Assembly (NCBI RefSeq): GCF_049075655.1
Contig: NZ_CP157522.1
Span: 832,001-896,000, forward strand
Direction: 5' to 3'
DNA from: Methanothermococcus sp. Ax23
GTDB lineage: Archaea > AGJL01 > Methanococci > Methanococcales > Methanococcaceae
DNA: 64,000 nucleotides
Within the stretch, counting starts at the first letter, position 1, and every line of letters starts with the position of its first letter. A model generated the notes under the pieces. The model ran no database searches, was not told the origin of the DNA, and worked only from the letters and a program-made list of their open reading frames with translations. Position numbers and translations under genes: made by a program. Positions 1 to 10,651 of the stretch are shown here, in pieces.

Positions 1-66
1 CATTACTGTAAAATCTTTTATTGTCCTTCCCAAAGGGTCTTTCCCAATTACAGGCAAATCTTTCAT
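1..66 (-). CDS. N-terminus (partial) of a probable 4Fe-4S ferredoxin-family protein
   Basis: GGTGA RBS then ATG at 66; translates MKDLPVIGKDPLGRTIKDFTVM and runs off the window edge; family call from recalled resemblance only. Confidence 0.4.
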   Translation of the reverse strand, partial: MKDLPVIGKDPLGRTIKDFTVM

Positions 67-431
67 TATTTCACCTTTTTTTATTTTATAATATTTATTT
101 GACTATTTAATTTTAGATTGATATTCACAAATATATTAAATAGAAATTGTCATATTTAAACTTTTCGATATATTGATTAATTTTAATATATTTTAAATAG
201 TTTTATATATATGATTATATAAATATACAATTATATAATTATATTGCCATCAACATATGATGCTAAATTAAAATATTAAAATTTTGAGAATTGTAATATA
301 TACATACATTTTAAATTATGTGAGCTATACTAACACTAATATATATTATTTTCTACTTGACGTTAGAAGAATATTATATATAATATTAAAACAAATGTGA
401 TAATGACTCACATCAATAAAAAGATGACATC

Positions 432-899
432 ATGCCAGAACATATACTCTCAGGGATTAAGGCAATAGTAGCAATGAAGCTAAAAAAGGAAGGAAAATTA
501 CAGAGAGAGATAGCAGAGTATCTAAAAATGGATAGGTCAATAATTTCCCATTATATACATGGAAGACACCCATCAGATAAAGTCATGAGAGTTTCAGAGG
601 AAATAGTGAATTTACCAGTGGAATATGGCATTAAAATCATAAATTCAATGAGTGATGACAGAGAGCTCACAAAAAAAATCATAGAAAATATCTATCAAGT
701 AAAAATCGAAATTGAAAGGAATAAGTGTATTCTCTGCGGAGAATGCCTTGAATGTTCTTATAATGCTATTTTTAGAGATTCCGAGCATTTAGTGAAAATA
801 GATGCTAATAAATGTGTATTGTGTGGAGAGTGCGTATCTATTTGCCCAGTAAATGCTTTAAAATTAAAAAAATTCTTACCAAATAAATTGGAGGAATAA
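432..899 (+). CDS. fwdH: FwdH: HTH domain plus 2x[4Fe-4S] ferredoxin
   Basis: N-terminal HTH (LQREIAEYLKMDRSIISHY), CxxCxxC motifs, first gene of fwd operon. Confidence 0.85.
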   Translation: MPEHILSGIKAIVAMKLKKEGKLQREIAEYLKMDRSIISHYIHGRHPSDKVMRVSEEIVNLPVEYGIKIINSMSDDRELTKKIIENIYQVKIEIERNKCILCGECLECSYNAIFRDSEHLVKIDANKCVLCGECVSICPVNALKLKKFLPNKLEE

Positions 900-901
900 C
901 A

Positions 902-1969
902 ATGACAATTGATGCAAAAAAAGAAAGATGTAATGGTGCCATCCAGATAGTAAGGGATGGAACTGTGGAAAGCAGAGTTCTAAACTGGAACGACAGTCCT
1001 TGTGTTGGATGCGGTATTTGTAGTGATATCTGTCCTGTTGGAGCAATTGAAATGGGGCCATTGGGGGCTATTTTTAAAGGTGATATTGAGGCTCCAAAAT
1101 TGGACATTGACAATACAAAATGTGTATTGTGTGGAATGTGTGCATCTGCATGTCCATTCGATGCCATGGATTTGGAAATAAACGGAACATCTATAAAGGA
1201 GCTCCCACAGTATCCAAAGATAAAAAGAGATATTACATTAAATCAGGATGCTTGCGTATTGTGTGAGCAGTGTGAAATTGTATGTCCTCAGTGTGCAATA
1301 GAGGTTGAAAGGGAGCTCCCTGAAAGAAAAACAATGGTATTGGGAGAAATTGGAATAAATAAAGAAACCTGTGTATTGTGTGGTATCTGTGCAGAATACT
1401 GTCCAGCTGATGCTATTGAGCTTATACCTAGTGAAATGAACGCTTTAAACTTGAATCCATACAAAGACATTGTAGTGGATACTGATGCCTGTGTATATTG
1501 TAAGGTCTGTGAAAAGGCATGTCCTCACAATGCCATAGAAGTAATTTGTTATAAATGTCCTCTTGCAAACAGAATTAAAAAGCCAGAATTATATAAGGAA
1601 ATCACTGGAAAAACAACAATTGACAAAAATCTATGTGTATCATGCAGTTGGTGTGAAAAGATATGTCCAGCTGATGCTATAGTGGTGGAAAAACCATTTG
1701 AAGGAGAATTGCTCGTAGATGAGGATGCATGTAATGCCTGCGGTGCATGTATTGCAGTATGTCCATGTAATGCATTGGTATTCCCAAAATCAGAAGGTCA
1801 GGCACACAAGGCTTCAAAGATTGCCGTAAATCAAGATGTATGTGTATTGTGTGGAGCATGTACTCACGCATGTCCTGTTGATGCATTGAAAGTTAAAAGA
1901 ACAAAAATAAACATGACAGAAGCAAATGCACCTGCATGGAAGAAAGCATTTGGAAAATTGTTAAAATAA
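902..1969 (+). CDS. fwdF: Formylmethanofuran dehydrogenase polyferredoxin subunit F
   Basis: Eight CxxCxxCxxxCP-type motifs, operon position. Confidence 0.93.
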   Translation: MTIDAKKERCNGAIQIVRDGTVESRVLNWNDSPCVGCGICSDICPVGAIEMGPLGAIFKGDIEAPKLDIDNTKCVLCGMCASACPFDAMDLEINGTSIKELPQYPKIKRDITLNQDACVLCEQCEIVCPQCAIEVERELPERKTMVLGEIGINKETCVLCGICAEYCPADAIELIPSEMNALNLNPYKDIVVDTDACVYCKVCEKACPHNAIEVICYKCPLANRIKKPELYKEITGKTTIDKNLCVSCSWCEKICPADAIVVEKPFEGELLVDEDACNACGACIAVCPCNALVFPKSEGQAHKASKIAVNQDVCVLCGACTHACPVDALKVKRTKINMTEANAPAWKKAFGKLLK

Positions 1970-2027
1970 GTATTGAACATCATAAAAAAATAATATGGTA
2001 GTAAAAACCCAAATGGTAGGTGGTTAA

Positions 2028-2267
2028 ATGTATAAATTGGAAGTATATCCTGAAAAGTGCCACGGATGCGGAAATTGTGTGGTTTCATGTCCTGTAAATG
2101 CAAGAGACCCAAACACATATGGTGGAAAAGGACCAGAAGATGAGAGCATCATAATTATTAAGGTTATAAATGGTGTAGTTAATATCATAAACGGCGATTT
2201 ATGCGGTGGATGCGGTGCATGTGTTGAAGCCTGTCCAGTAGATGCTATAAAACTCGTTATAAAGTAA
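2028..2267 (+). CDS. fwdG: Formylmethanofuran dehydrogenase ferredoxin subunit G
   Basis: 79 aa, two 4Fe-4S motifs (CHGCGNCVVSCP, CGGCGACVEACP). Confidence 0.9.
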   Translation: MYKLEVYPEKCHGCGNCVVSCPVNARDPNTYGGKGPEDESIIIIKVINGVVNIINGDLCGGCGACVEACPVDAIKLVIK

Positions 2268-2294
2268 AATGGAATAAAAAAAGGATTCGGTGAT

Positions 2295-2687
2295 ATGATG
2301 AAATTCAAATTAAACACTGGTAGAACCATATGGCAGGGAGAAGCAATCGAAGCCGGTAAAAATCTTGAAATGTATAGAAAAGCCGCAGGAGTTTGCTACC
2401 TCAACGAGGATGACATGGTAAAATTAGGAGTGGAAGATGGAGACGCTGTGAAGGTGACGTCTGAATATGGGGATGTTGTTGTAAGTGTAAAAAAGGCAAC
2501 TGAACCAATGCCTGAGGGTATGGCATACATACCAATGGGACCTTGGGCAAACTGTGTAGTTATTCCAGAAACTGAAAGTACGGCAATGCCTTCCTATAAG
2601 GGACCAATTGATGTGGAGATTGAAAAAACAGATGAAGAAGTTCCGATAATGATGGAGTTAATGAGGAAAAAATACATTGAGTGTTAA
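2295..2687 (+). CDS. fwdD: Formylmethanofuran dehydrogenase subunit D (molybdopterin dinucleotide binding)
   Basis: LNTGRTIWQG, IPMGPWAN motifs. Confidence 0.92.
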   Translation: MMKFKLNTGRTIWQGEAIEAGKNLEMYRKAAGVCYLNEDDMVKLGVEDGDAVKVTSEYGDVVVSVKKATEPMPEGMAYIPMGPWANCVVIPETESTAMPSYKGPIDVEIEKTDEEVPIMMELMRKKYIEC

Positions 2688-2711
2688 TAGGATTATCATT
2701 GAGGTGATTTC

Positions 2712-4415
2712 ATGGAATATATTATAAAAAATGGGATTGTATATGACCCATTGAATGGAGTCGATGGAGAAAAAATGGACATCTGCGTGAAGGATGGAAA
2801 AATCGTAGAGTCCGTTTCAAGCGATGCTGTGGAAATTGATGCAAGTGGATGCGTTGTAATGCCTGGTGGTGTAGATTCCCACTCTCACGTTGCTGGTCCA
2901 AAGGTAAATACTGGTAGGCTAATGAGACCTGAGGATAGTAAGAAGGACACATTTAATAAAAAAGGACTTAGAAGCGGAACAGGGTTCTCAATACCATCTA
3001 CATTTAAAACAGGATACGAATACTCTGAAATGGGTTATACCACAGTAATTGAGGCGGCAATGCCTCCACTGACGGCAAGACACGTCCATGAGGAATTCAT
3101 GGACACCCCTCAGATTGATAAAGCAGCAATGCCTGTAATGGGAAATAATTGGATGGTAATGGAATATTTAAAAGAAGAAAATTATGAAATGTGTGCAGCA
3201 TATGTGGCATGGCTTTTAAGGGCAACAAAAGGTTATGCTATAAAAATTGTTAACCCTGGTGGAACAGAAGCATGGGGATGGGGAAAGAATGTTCATGGTC
3301 TTGACGACCCAGTTCCATACTTTGGAATTACAGGTAGGGAAATTGTAAGAGGATTAACCATAGTAAATGAAATGCTTGGATTGCCTCATTCAGTGCATGT
3401 CCATCCAAATGATTTAGGTCATCCTGGAAACTGGGAAACTACAATTGAAACAATGGACTGTGCTAAGGATATTGAGGCAAAGCCAAGATATGGGGAAAGA
3501 GAAACTGTTTATTACAACACGCATGTTCAGTTCCACTCTTACGGTGGGAGCTCCTGGAAGGACTTCATGAGTAAAGGTGTTGAAATTGCTGAGCATGTAA
3601 ATAAATCAAGCCACATAGTTGTAGATGTTGGACAGGTAACACTTGATGAAACAACAACAATGACCGCAGACGGTCCAATGGAATATGACCTTCACATGAC
3701 AAATGGTTTGAAGTGGGCAAACTGTGATGTTGAGCTTGAAACAGGTTCAGGAATAGTTCCATTCATTTATTCACCAAAGGGACCAGTTTATTCAGTTCAG
3801 TGGGCAATTGGATTGGATGTATTCTTAAATATCGACACCAATAAGGTTCTTTTAACAACAGACCATCCAAACGCAGGACCATTCACAAGATATTCAAGAG
3901 TAATAGCATGGTTGATGAGCAAAGAATACAGAGACGACTGGTTAAACAACAAAGTTCATGCATGGGCTAAGCAAAAGTCATTTGTTGCAGACAGCGATAA
4001 AGAATATTCAATGTATGAAATAGCAAAGGTAACAAGAGCAAATCAGGCAAAAGTATTAGGTTTGAGTGCAGAAAAAGGTCATTTAGGTGTTGGAGCTGAT
4101 GCAGATATTGCAGTTTATGAAATAAATCCAGAAGAAAAAGATGGAAAAGTAATTGAAAAAGCATTTAGATATGCAAAATATGTGTTAAAAGGCGGAGAAT
4201 TAGTAGTTAAAGCTGGAAATGTTGTCAAGGAAGTATTTGGAGACACAATATATGTAAATGCAAAAGTAGATGAAGCACTTGAAGAGGAGCTCCTGAAAGA
4301 CCTCAGTGCAAAGTTCAAAAAATACTATTCAGTCAATATGGACAACTATCCAGTTTCAGACCACTATGCAAACAGTTGGAAAGTAATTAACATCGATGCA
4401 ACAGACATTAAATAA
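2712..4415 (+). CDS. fwdA: Formylmethanofuran dehydrogenase subunit A (amidohydrolase)
   Basis: GGVDSHSH metal motif, KIVNPGG, TTDHPNAGPF. Confidence 0.96.
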   Translation: MEYIIKNGIVYDPLNGVDGEKMDICVKDGKIVESVSSDAVEIDASGCVVMPGGVDSHSHVAGPKVNTGRLMRPEDSKKDTFNKKGLRSGTGFSIPSTFKTGYEYSEMGYTTVIEAAMPPLTARHVHEEFMDTPQIDKAAMPVMGNNWMVMEYLKEENYEMCAAYVAWLLRATKGYAIKIVNPGGTEAWGWGKNVHGLDDPVPYFGITGREIVRGLTIVNEMLGLPHSVHVHPNDLGHPGNWETTIETMDCAKDIEAKPRYGERETVYYNTHVQFHSYGGSSWKDFMSKGVEIAEHVNKSSHIVVDVGQVTLDETTTMTADGPMEYDLHMTNGLKWANCDVELETGSGIVPFIYSPKGPVYSVQWAIGLDVFLNIDTNKVLLTTDHPNAGPFTRYSRVIAWLMSKEYRDDWLNNKVHAWAKQKSFVADSDKEYSMYEIAKVTRANQAKVLGLSAEKGHLGVGADADIAVYEINPEEKDGKVIEKAFRYAKYVLKGGELVVKAGNVVKEVFGDTIYVNAKVDEALEEELLKDLSAKFKKYYSVNMDNYPVSDHYANSWKVINIDATDIK

Positions 4416-4489
4416 AACAGTAAAAATGTAATTAAAAATATTTTATTTAATTTTTAAATTTTAAAATTATATTACTAATAGGTGATAAA

Positions 4490-5305
4490 ATGGAACTTAT
4501 TCTTACATTAAAGGAAGAAATCATAGTTCCTGTGGAAATGGATAAGGTGCTTCCAGAAAAAGTTCAGGATTTGTCTGAGGAAGAGATAAAAAGCATCGAA
4601 TTGCCACAGGGAAGAACAACAATTACAGTTGGAGAGCTCTTCGATGTTGAAGTAAAAGAAAGTGAAACACCAAAATTGGTTATAAAAAACTCAACGGCTA
4701 AATTAAAGAGAATCGGAGAAAAAATGACAACAGGGGAAATAGTCGTTGAAGGAGATGCTGGAATGTATGTCGGCGTAGAAATGAAAGGTGGAAAGATAGT
4801 TGTAAATGGAAACGCTGACAGCTGGGCTGGACAGAACATGAAAGGTGGAGAAATAATTATTAAAGGAGATGCTAAGGATTATGTTGGTTCTGCATACAGA
4901 GGAGATTGGAGAGGTATGAGCGGTGGAACTATAATTGTTGAAGGAAACGCAGGAAATGAGATTGGAGAATATATGAAAGGCGGTAAAATCCACATAAAAG
5001 GAAACGTCGGATTGCTTGCGGGAATCCACCTAAGCGGAGGAATTATAATAATTGATGGAGACGCTGAGGCGAGAGCAGGAGGAGAAATGATAAAAGGTGC
5101 AATAGTAATAAACGGAAAATTGGAAGGAATACTGCCATCATTTAAATTTGAAGGAATTGTTGAAAATCCAGTTATAAAATTAAGTAAAAAAGACGCTGGA
5201 ACACCATTAACAGGCAAATACTATAAATTCAGCGGAGATTATGCAAATAACAAACCAAAAGGACAGCTATATGTGTCAGTTGAAAACAATCCTGATTTAA
5301 GATAA
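4490..5305 (+). CDS. fwdC: Formylmethanofuran dehydrogenase subunit C
   Basis: GXGXG beta-helix repeats (MKGGKIVVNG), YRGDWRGM. Confidence 0.95.
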   Translation: MELILTLKEEIIVPVEMDKVLPEKVQDLSEEEIKSIELPQGRTTITVGELFDVEVKESETPKLVIKNSTAKLKRIGEKMTTGEIVVEGDAGMYVGVEMKGGKIVVNGNADSWAGQNMKGGEIIIKGDAKDYVGSAYRGDWRGMSGGTIIVEGNAGNEIGEYMKGGKIHIKGNVGLLAGIHLSGGIIIIDGDAEARAGGEMIKGAIVINGKLEGILPSFKFEGIVENPVIKLSKKDAGTPLTGKYYKFSGDYANNKPKGQLYVSVENNPDLR

Positions 5306-5468
5306 TATACTGGGATTATTATATTTTTAACTTATTTTTTATATTCTTTTTTTAATTTTTTGGATTTATTTTTAATAAACATATTTTCAATAAATTATAT
5401 AAAATAATAAATGACATTATAATTATCATTTTAATAATTAAATAAACATAAAAATTTAGAGGAAAACA

Positions 5469-5975
5469 ATGATTTTAGAGTTAAATGGAATATACGCTGG
5501 ATTAAGATTTGCATCAGCACATATTGTATTTGGACACGACACATGCGGAGTAATTCATGGCCATTCGTATTATGTGGATGTTAAAGTATGCGGAGCTCCT
5601 TCTGGGGAATTCGGTTTTGTCTGCGATTTTAAGGCATTAAAAAAGATAGTAAAAGATATATGTGAAAAACTTGACCACAAGCTTTTAATTCCTGAAAATC
5701 ACCCTAATTTAAAATATAATATAGTCGATAACTCCATAAACTTCACATTCTGCAAAGGGGAGAAAATAAAAGAATACAAAATCCCACTGGAAGACGTTGT
5801 TCTTTTGCCATTGACAGGCACCACAGCAGAGGAGCTCTCAAAGTATTTTGCAGAGCTCATTAAAAAAGAATTATATTCATTAAATTTAGATGATAGTATT
5901 GATTGGATAGAGGCTACTGTGAATGAGGGTATAGGACAGGGGGCAACATACAGAGTCATTTTTGAAAATAAATAA
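5469..5975 (+). CDS. queD: 6-carboxytetrahydropterin synthase / PTPS family (QueD-like)
   Basis: FASAH...CGVIHGHSY, LDH, TTAEELS motifs. Confidence 0.8.
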   Translation: MILELNGIYAGLRFASAHIVFGHDTCGVIHGHSYYVDVKVCGAPSGEFGFVCDFKALKKIVKDICEKLDHKLLIPENHPNLKYNIVDNSINFTFCKGEKIKEYKIPLEDVVLLPLTGTTAEELSKYFAELIKKELYSLNLDDSIDWIEATVNEGIGQGATYRVIFENK

Positions 5976-6056
5976 AAATAAAGTTAAAATGAAAAGATAT
6001 AAATAAATTGTAAATATAATAAATAATATAGTTATACTCCTATTATTGGTGATATT

Positions 6057-6623
6057 ATGGAAATTAATGTAAGTGTAAGTGAAGCTATGAGTAGCCCTGT
6101 GGAGACAGTGAATTTAAATACTACGGCATATGATGCAGCAAATATTTTGAAAACAAAGGGCATCGGCTGTTTGGTTGTTGTAAATGATTTAATGAAACCA
6201 GTAGGACTTATCACAGAGAAAGACCTGGTTTTAAAAATTGTTGCAAGGAATTTAAAATCAAAAGAGGTTTTGGTTAAAGAGATTGTATCTCCAAAACTTA
6301 TCTATATATCTCCAAGGGCAACCCTGATGGATGCTGCAAAAATAATGGCAGAGAAAAATATTAAGAGGCTTCCAGTAATTGAAAACGATGAGCTATTGGG
6401 TATAATCACAGTTAGTGATATAACCACAATATCTCCAAAATTATTTGATATAATGGTTGAAGTTTCCAACATAAGAGGGGAAGGAGATTATCAAACTATT
6501 ATTAGCAAAGAGGAGGAATATACGGAAGGCATATGTGAAATATGTGGAAGTCAGGGGAGGGTAAGATATATTGATGGAAGATATGTGTGCGACAATTGCG
6601 TAGATGAGGAAGAAAATATTTAA
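6057..6623 (+). CDS. CBS-pair protein with C-terminal Zn ribbon
   Basis: Two CBS motifs, C-terminal CEICG...CDNC. Confidence 0.85.
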   Translation: MEINVSVSEAMSSPVETVNLNTTAYDAANILKTKGIGCLVVVNDLMKPVGLITEKDLVLKIVARNLKSKEVLVKEIVSPKLIYISPRATLMDAAKIMAEKNIKRLPVIENDELLGIITVSDITTISPKLFDIMVEVSNIRGEGDYQTIISKEEEYTEGICEICGSQGRVRYIDGRYVCDNCVDEEENI

Positions 6624-6793
6624 ATTAAATATTTTTTCTTTTGCAGTGATGTATCTAAAAAATCTTTTTATATAGAAATATAATTTTTTATTTTATTTTG
6701 CCATCTCATAACATATAAATAATAAAATTATCATAATTAATAATGTAATTATTAAAATATTTTAGATATCACTTGCGAAGTAAGTGAGGTTAA

Positions 6794-6840
6794 TCGAAAT
6801 CTTTGATTTCGAGCAATGAAACGCTTCGCATTTCGTCTAA
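6794..6840. repeat. 47-bp double-hairpin element (TCG..CGA-GCAA-GAAA..TTTCG-TCTAA family)
   Basis: TCGAAATC-TTT-GATTTCGA GCAA TGAAACGC-TTC-GCATTTCG TCTAA; same scaffold and length as the insert at 62095-62141. Confidence 0.7.
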
Positions 6841-6865
6841 TATAATAATCCTCAGAGGGGATAAT

Positions 6866-7702
6866 TTGAAAATAAAAAATATAGTTGAAGGGAAAGAAGC
6901 TGTTAAAGTATATCCAACAACAACCATACGAGACGCATTAATTACAATGAATGACGATGGCACAAGAAGAATTACTGTTGTAGATGCCGGAACAAATAGG
7001 GTAGTGGGAATTATAACTTCTATGGATATAGTAGATTTTATGGGAGGAGGTTCAAAGTATAACCTTGTAAAATCAAAACATAATCATAATCTTTTAGCAG
7101 CAATTAATGAACCTGTAAAAGAAATTATGACTAATGAGGCCGTATGTGTAAAAGAAAATGCAATATTAAAAGAAGTTATACACTTATTTATAGAAAAAAA
7201 TGTTGGTGGTATGCCTGTTGTAGATAAAGACCATAGATTGATATCTACAATAACCGAAAGAGACATAATTAAATTCTTAAAAGACCATATAGACAAATCT
7301 GAGAAAATAATTGATTATATGACTGAAAACCCAGTTGTGGCTACATCAGGGGAGAGATTAAAGGATGTTGCAAGAACTATGTTGAGAAATGGATTTAGAA
7401 GGTTGCCAGTAATTTCTGAGGGCAAATTAGTAGGTATGATAACATCCACAGATTTTATAAGACTTTTAGGTAGTGATTGGGCATTTAATCATATGCAAAC
7501 TGGAAATGTAAGGGAAATAACAAATGTCAGAATTAAAGATATAATGATGAAAGATATCTTAACTGTTGAAAAGGACACTTCATTATATGATGTTGTGGAT
7601 ATAATGACTAAAAATAATATAGGAGCTCTTCCAGTAGTTGATGATGGAAAATTGGTAGGAATAATAACTGAAAAAGATGTAGTGTCTTATTTCAAAGAAT
7701 AG
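6866..7702 (+). CDS. Four-CBS-domain protein
   Basis: Four CBS motifs; start moved to TTG 6866 after GAGGGG RBS. Confidence 0.85.
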   Translation: MKIKNIVEGKEAVKVYPTTTIRDALITMNDDGTRRITVVDAGTNRVVGIITSMDIVDFMGGGSKYNLVKSKHNHNLLAAINEPVKEIMTNEAVCVKENAILKEVIHLFIEKNVGGMPVVDKDHRLISTITERDIIKFLKDHIDKSEKIIDYMTENPVVATSGERLKDVARTMLRNGFRRLPVISEGKLVGMITSTDFIRLLGSDWAFNHMQTGNVREITNVRIKDIMMKDILTVEKDTSLYDVVDIMTKNNIGALPVVDDGKLVGIITEKDVVSYFKE

Positions 7703-7809
7703 TTAAAAAAATTAAACGAAAACCATTTTTAGTCCCCCACATTTCTATAATTATATAAAATATCTTTTTTAGTTTTATTTTTATGTATATTTTGATTATT
7801 GGTGATTTT

Positions 7810-8670
7810 ATGAATGGCGATATTGAAAAAATTTCCAATATTGTGGTTGAATTATTTAAAGAGGCGGCAATAACCCTTCCACATGATGTTAAAAATGCTT
7901 TAATCGAATCAATTGAAAAAGAAGAAAATGAATTATCTAAAAATACATTAAAGGCAATTGTTGAAAATATAGAAATTGCAGAGGAAAAAAATATCCCGAT
8001 GTGTCAGGATACCGGCGTTCCAATAGTGTTTTTAAAAATAGGCAAAAACATCAATTCATCAGACATAGAGGATATAATTGGCAAAATCAAAGAAGGAGTA
8101 AAAAAAGCGACTGAGGAGGTTCCTTTAAGACCTAATGTTGTTCATCCACTTAACAGGGAGAATTTAAAAACAAATGTTGGTCTCGGAGCTCCCTTTATAA
8201 ATTTTGAATTTGATGAAAATTTAGACAGAGAAATGGAAATAACAGTTTTCCCAAAAGGTGCAGGAAGCGAGAACATGAGTGCTTTAAAGATGCTAACTCC
8301 TGCTGAGGGAATAAAAGGTATAAAGAACTTTATCCTTGAAACAGTTGCCAATGCAGGTGGAAAACCATGCCCCCCAATACTATTAGGTATAGGTATTGGC
8401 GGAACTGCTGATTTGTCATTAAAACTTGCAAAAAAGGCACTTTTAAGAAAAATAGGTGAAAGACATAAAGATGAAGATATAGCAAAGTTGGAAATGGAAC
8501 TCTTGGAGGATATAAATAAATTAGGCATTGGAGCCATGGGACTTGGTGGAAATATTACAGCACTTGATGTGTTTATTGAAGTGATGGGGTGCCATACTGC
8601 ATCATTACCAGTTGGAGTATGTATTCAATGCTGGGCGAATAGGCGAGCTCGGAGGATAATAAAACTATAA
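7810..8670 (+). CDS. Fumarate hydratase class I / tartrate dehydratase alpha subunit
   Basis: PMCQDTG, KGAGSEN, GKPCPP, CHTASLPV, CWANR; GGTGA RBS before ATG 7810. Confidence 0.88.
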   Translation: MNGDIEKISNIVVELFKEAAITLPHDVKNALIESIEKEENELSKNTLKAIVENIEIAEEKNIPMCQDTGVPIVFLKIGKNINSSDIEDIIGKIKEGVKKATEEVPLRPNVVHPLNRENLKTNVGLGAPFINFEFDENLDREMEITVFPKGAGSENMSALKMLTPAEGIKGIKNFILETVANAGGKPCPPILLGIGIGGTADLSLKLAKKALLRKIGERHKDEDIAKLEMELLEDINKLGIGAMGLGGNITALDVFIEVMGCHTASLPVGVCIQCWANRRARRIIKL

Positions 8671-8697
8671 GTAAAAAAAGATATAAAGAATAATCGA

Positions 8698-9798
8698 TTA
8701 AGGTTTCAAATAAAACAAATGGCTTTTACATTTACAGTCGGAGCTCCCAAAACCTTCAACAAAATCAAACATTTTCATCAAATCCCTTGATATATTACAC
8801 TCAACAGGGTTATTTGATATGTAAATCTCCTTTATAGGCCCGTGTTTTAATAAATAATCAATATGCCAGTGCATTTTTTTATCATCTCTTAAATGTCGCC
8901 CTATTCTTCTTTTTAAATTATTGGAGCTCCCCATTGCAGAGCCAACATAAAAATAATATCCTTTTTTAAATCGTTCTATTCTGTTTTTTCCAAAGGTTAT
9001 ATTTTTTGAATTATTTAATTTTATTTTTAAAATATAGGTTCCTTTTTCCTCTGGAATTTTATTTTTTGAAACCTTCTTAAAATTATACTGCTCTAAAATC
9101 TCGCTAAAATATCTTAATTTTTCATAATATGGACAGGTTTCTTTAATTTCATTAAAACATTTATCACATTTTGGAATTGGGGAGCAAACTTCCCTTCCAT
9201 AAACCACCAATAGATTATTTATAATTTTCCAATATTTTTTTGGAAGTTTTTTTCTCAGTTCCATTTCCGTTTCATCAGGATTTTCAGTATTTACATACTC
9301 CCATCTGTTGCAAATCCTATGAACATGGGTATCTACGCATATCCCATAATCATCAAATGCGAGAGTAATTACTAAATTTGCTGTTTTTCTCCCAACGCCA
9401 GGAAGTTTTATTAAATCTTCCAATTTGTTGGGTATTTTTCCACCATATTCATTTTTTACAATCTTTGCTAAATCTTTTAAATATTTTGCCTTAGTTTTGT
9501 AAAATCCAACTGGATAAATAATTTTTTCTAATTCATTTTGGTCTATATTTAGTAAATCATTTATGTTTTTTATTTTTTTAAATAATCTCTCTGAAACCTC
9601 TGATGTAGTTTCGTCCTTTGTTCTTGCACTTAAAACAGTAGATATAAGAACTTTAAATGCCTTAGTTTCTGCATCTTCAACCTGCTTTGATATTTCTTCA
9701 ACCACAGGGTTTTTGTTTAATTTTTTATATAATATATCTAAAAATCTCTGGAAATTTGAGATATCGTCCCTATTTTCAATATTGTAACTATTATTCAT
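8698..9798 (-). CDS. nth: Endonuclease III (HhH-GPD, FeS) fused to a C-terminal DUF123/GIY-YIG-like domain
   Basis: [18 protein letters not shown], CxxxxxxCxxC; C-terminal [32 protein letters not shown]. Confidence 0.88.
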   Translation of the reverse strand: MNNSYNIENRDDISNFQRFLDILYKKLNKNPVVEEISKQVEDAETKAFKVLISTVLSARTKDETTSEVSERLFKKIKNINDLLNIDQNELEKIIYPVGFYKTKAKYLKDLAKIVKNEYGGKIPNKLEDLIKLPGVGRKTANLVITLAFDDYGICVDTHVHRICNRWEYVNTENPDETEMELRKKLPKKYWKIINNLLVVYGREVCSPIPKCDKCFNEIKETCPYYEKLRYFSEILEQYNFKKVSKNKIPEEKGTYILKIKLNNSKNITFGKNRIERFKKGYYFYVGSAMGSSNNLKRRIGRHLRDDKKMHWHIDYLLKHGPIKEIYISNNPVECNISRDLMKMFDFVEGFGSSDCKCKSHLFYLKP

Positions 9799-9883
9799 AT
9801 TGTCACTTTATATTAATGTCCTAAAATAGATATAATAAAATGTATATGAATAACATATAAAAAAGAAAGTAATTAAAGAATAG

Positions 9884-10432
9884 TTATCTATATGCTTTTA
9901 TTTTTTTCAGAACTTCTTCGTATTCACTATGATTTAGGATATGGTATTTTATTTTACATATTTTATTTCCCTTAGCCAAATACCCATTTTTCGTCCTAAC
10001 CGCTACATAATTAAAGCCCGCTTTCTTCCCCATAACCTCAAATAACATTGGCAATGGACATCCATCACCATCCAATTCAGCTCCTCCGATATTTTTTGGA
10101 CAATACGTGCAACCCATGGTTTTGCAATGTATATTGATTTCAAGAGTGCCATTATTATTTGTGATTACATCTAATTTATCACAAATACCCAACGCTTTAT
10201 TAATATCTAAAATAAACTCTTTGAAATCAAAATATTTGTCTTTTATATGCCCTCCAGATTTCAATACCTCGTATAGATTGGGTCCAATAACTTTTGCCAC
10301 TACATCTATGATTTCTTGTGGTTCAGTTATGAATTCTGCTATCATACCCAACAATGAAGCACAAATAAACTGCTGAGGTGATATATCACTATTAATGATT
10401 TCATCTATGGCATTTTGGTCAAGAATTTTCAT
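9884..10432 (-). CDS. Hypothetical Cys-containing protein, possibly V4R-like fold
   Basis: ORF with CxxxxCxxCP...CP...C; start set at ATG 10432 after GGGGGT RBS; fold call is weak. Confidence 0.55.
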   Translation of the reverse strand: MKILDQNAIDEIINSDISPQQFICASLLGMIAEFITEPQEIIDVVAKVIGPNLYEVLKSGGHIKDKYFDFKEFILDINKALGICDKLDVITNNNGTLEINIHCKTMGCTYCPKNIGGAELDGDGCPLPMLFEVMGKKAGFNYVAVRTKNGYLAKGNKICKIKYHILNHSEYEEVLKKIKAYR

Positions 10433-10651
10433 GATTACCCCCAAACTATCATTTCTTTTACATTTATTTTGATATATGTAGTAATTAGGTGTAATTACAT
10501 ATGTATACGAATATACAATCGTATATGTATGTAACATATAGTGTATATTAAACCATATACTTATATATAATTTATGACATAAATGTTATTAAAAAAATTA
10601 AATGTGGCTATTAATTAAATTAGACGATAGTTATTTAGTTAATTGTTATAA

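Noticed and set aside
432-5305. Missing fwdB as an anomaly
   Set aside because: In Methanococcales the catalytic B subunit gene is normally located apart from fwdHFGDAC.
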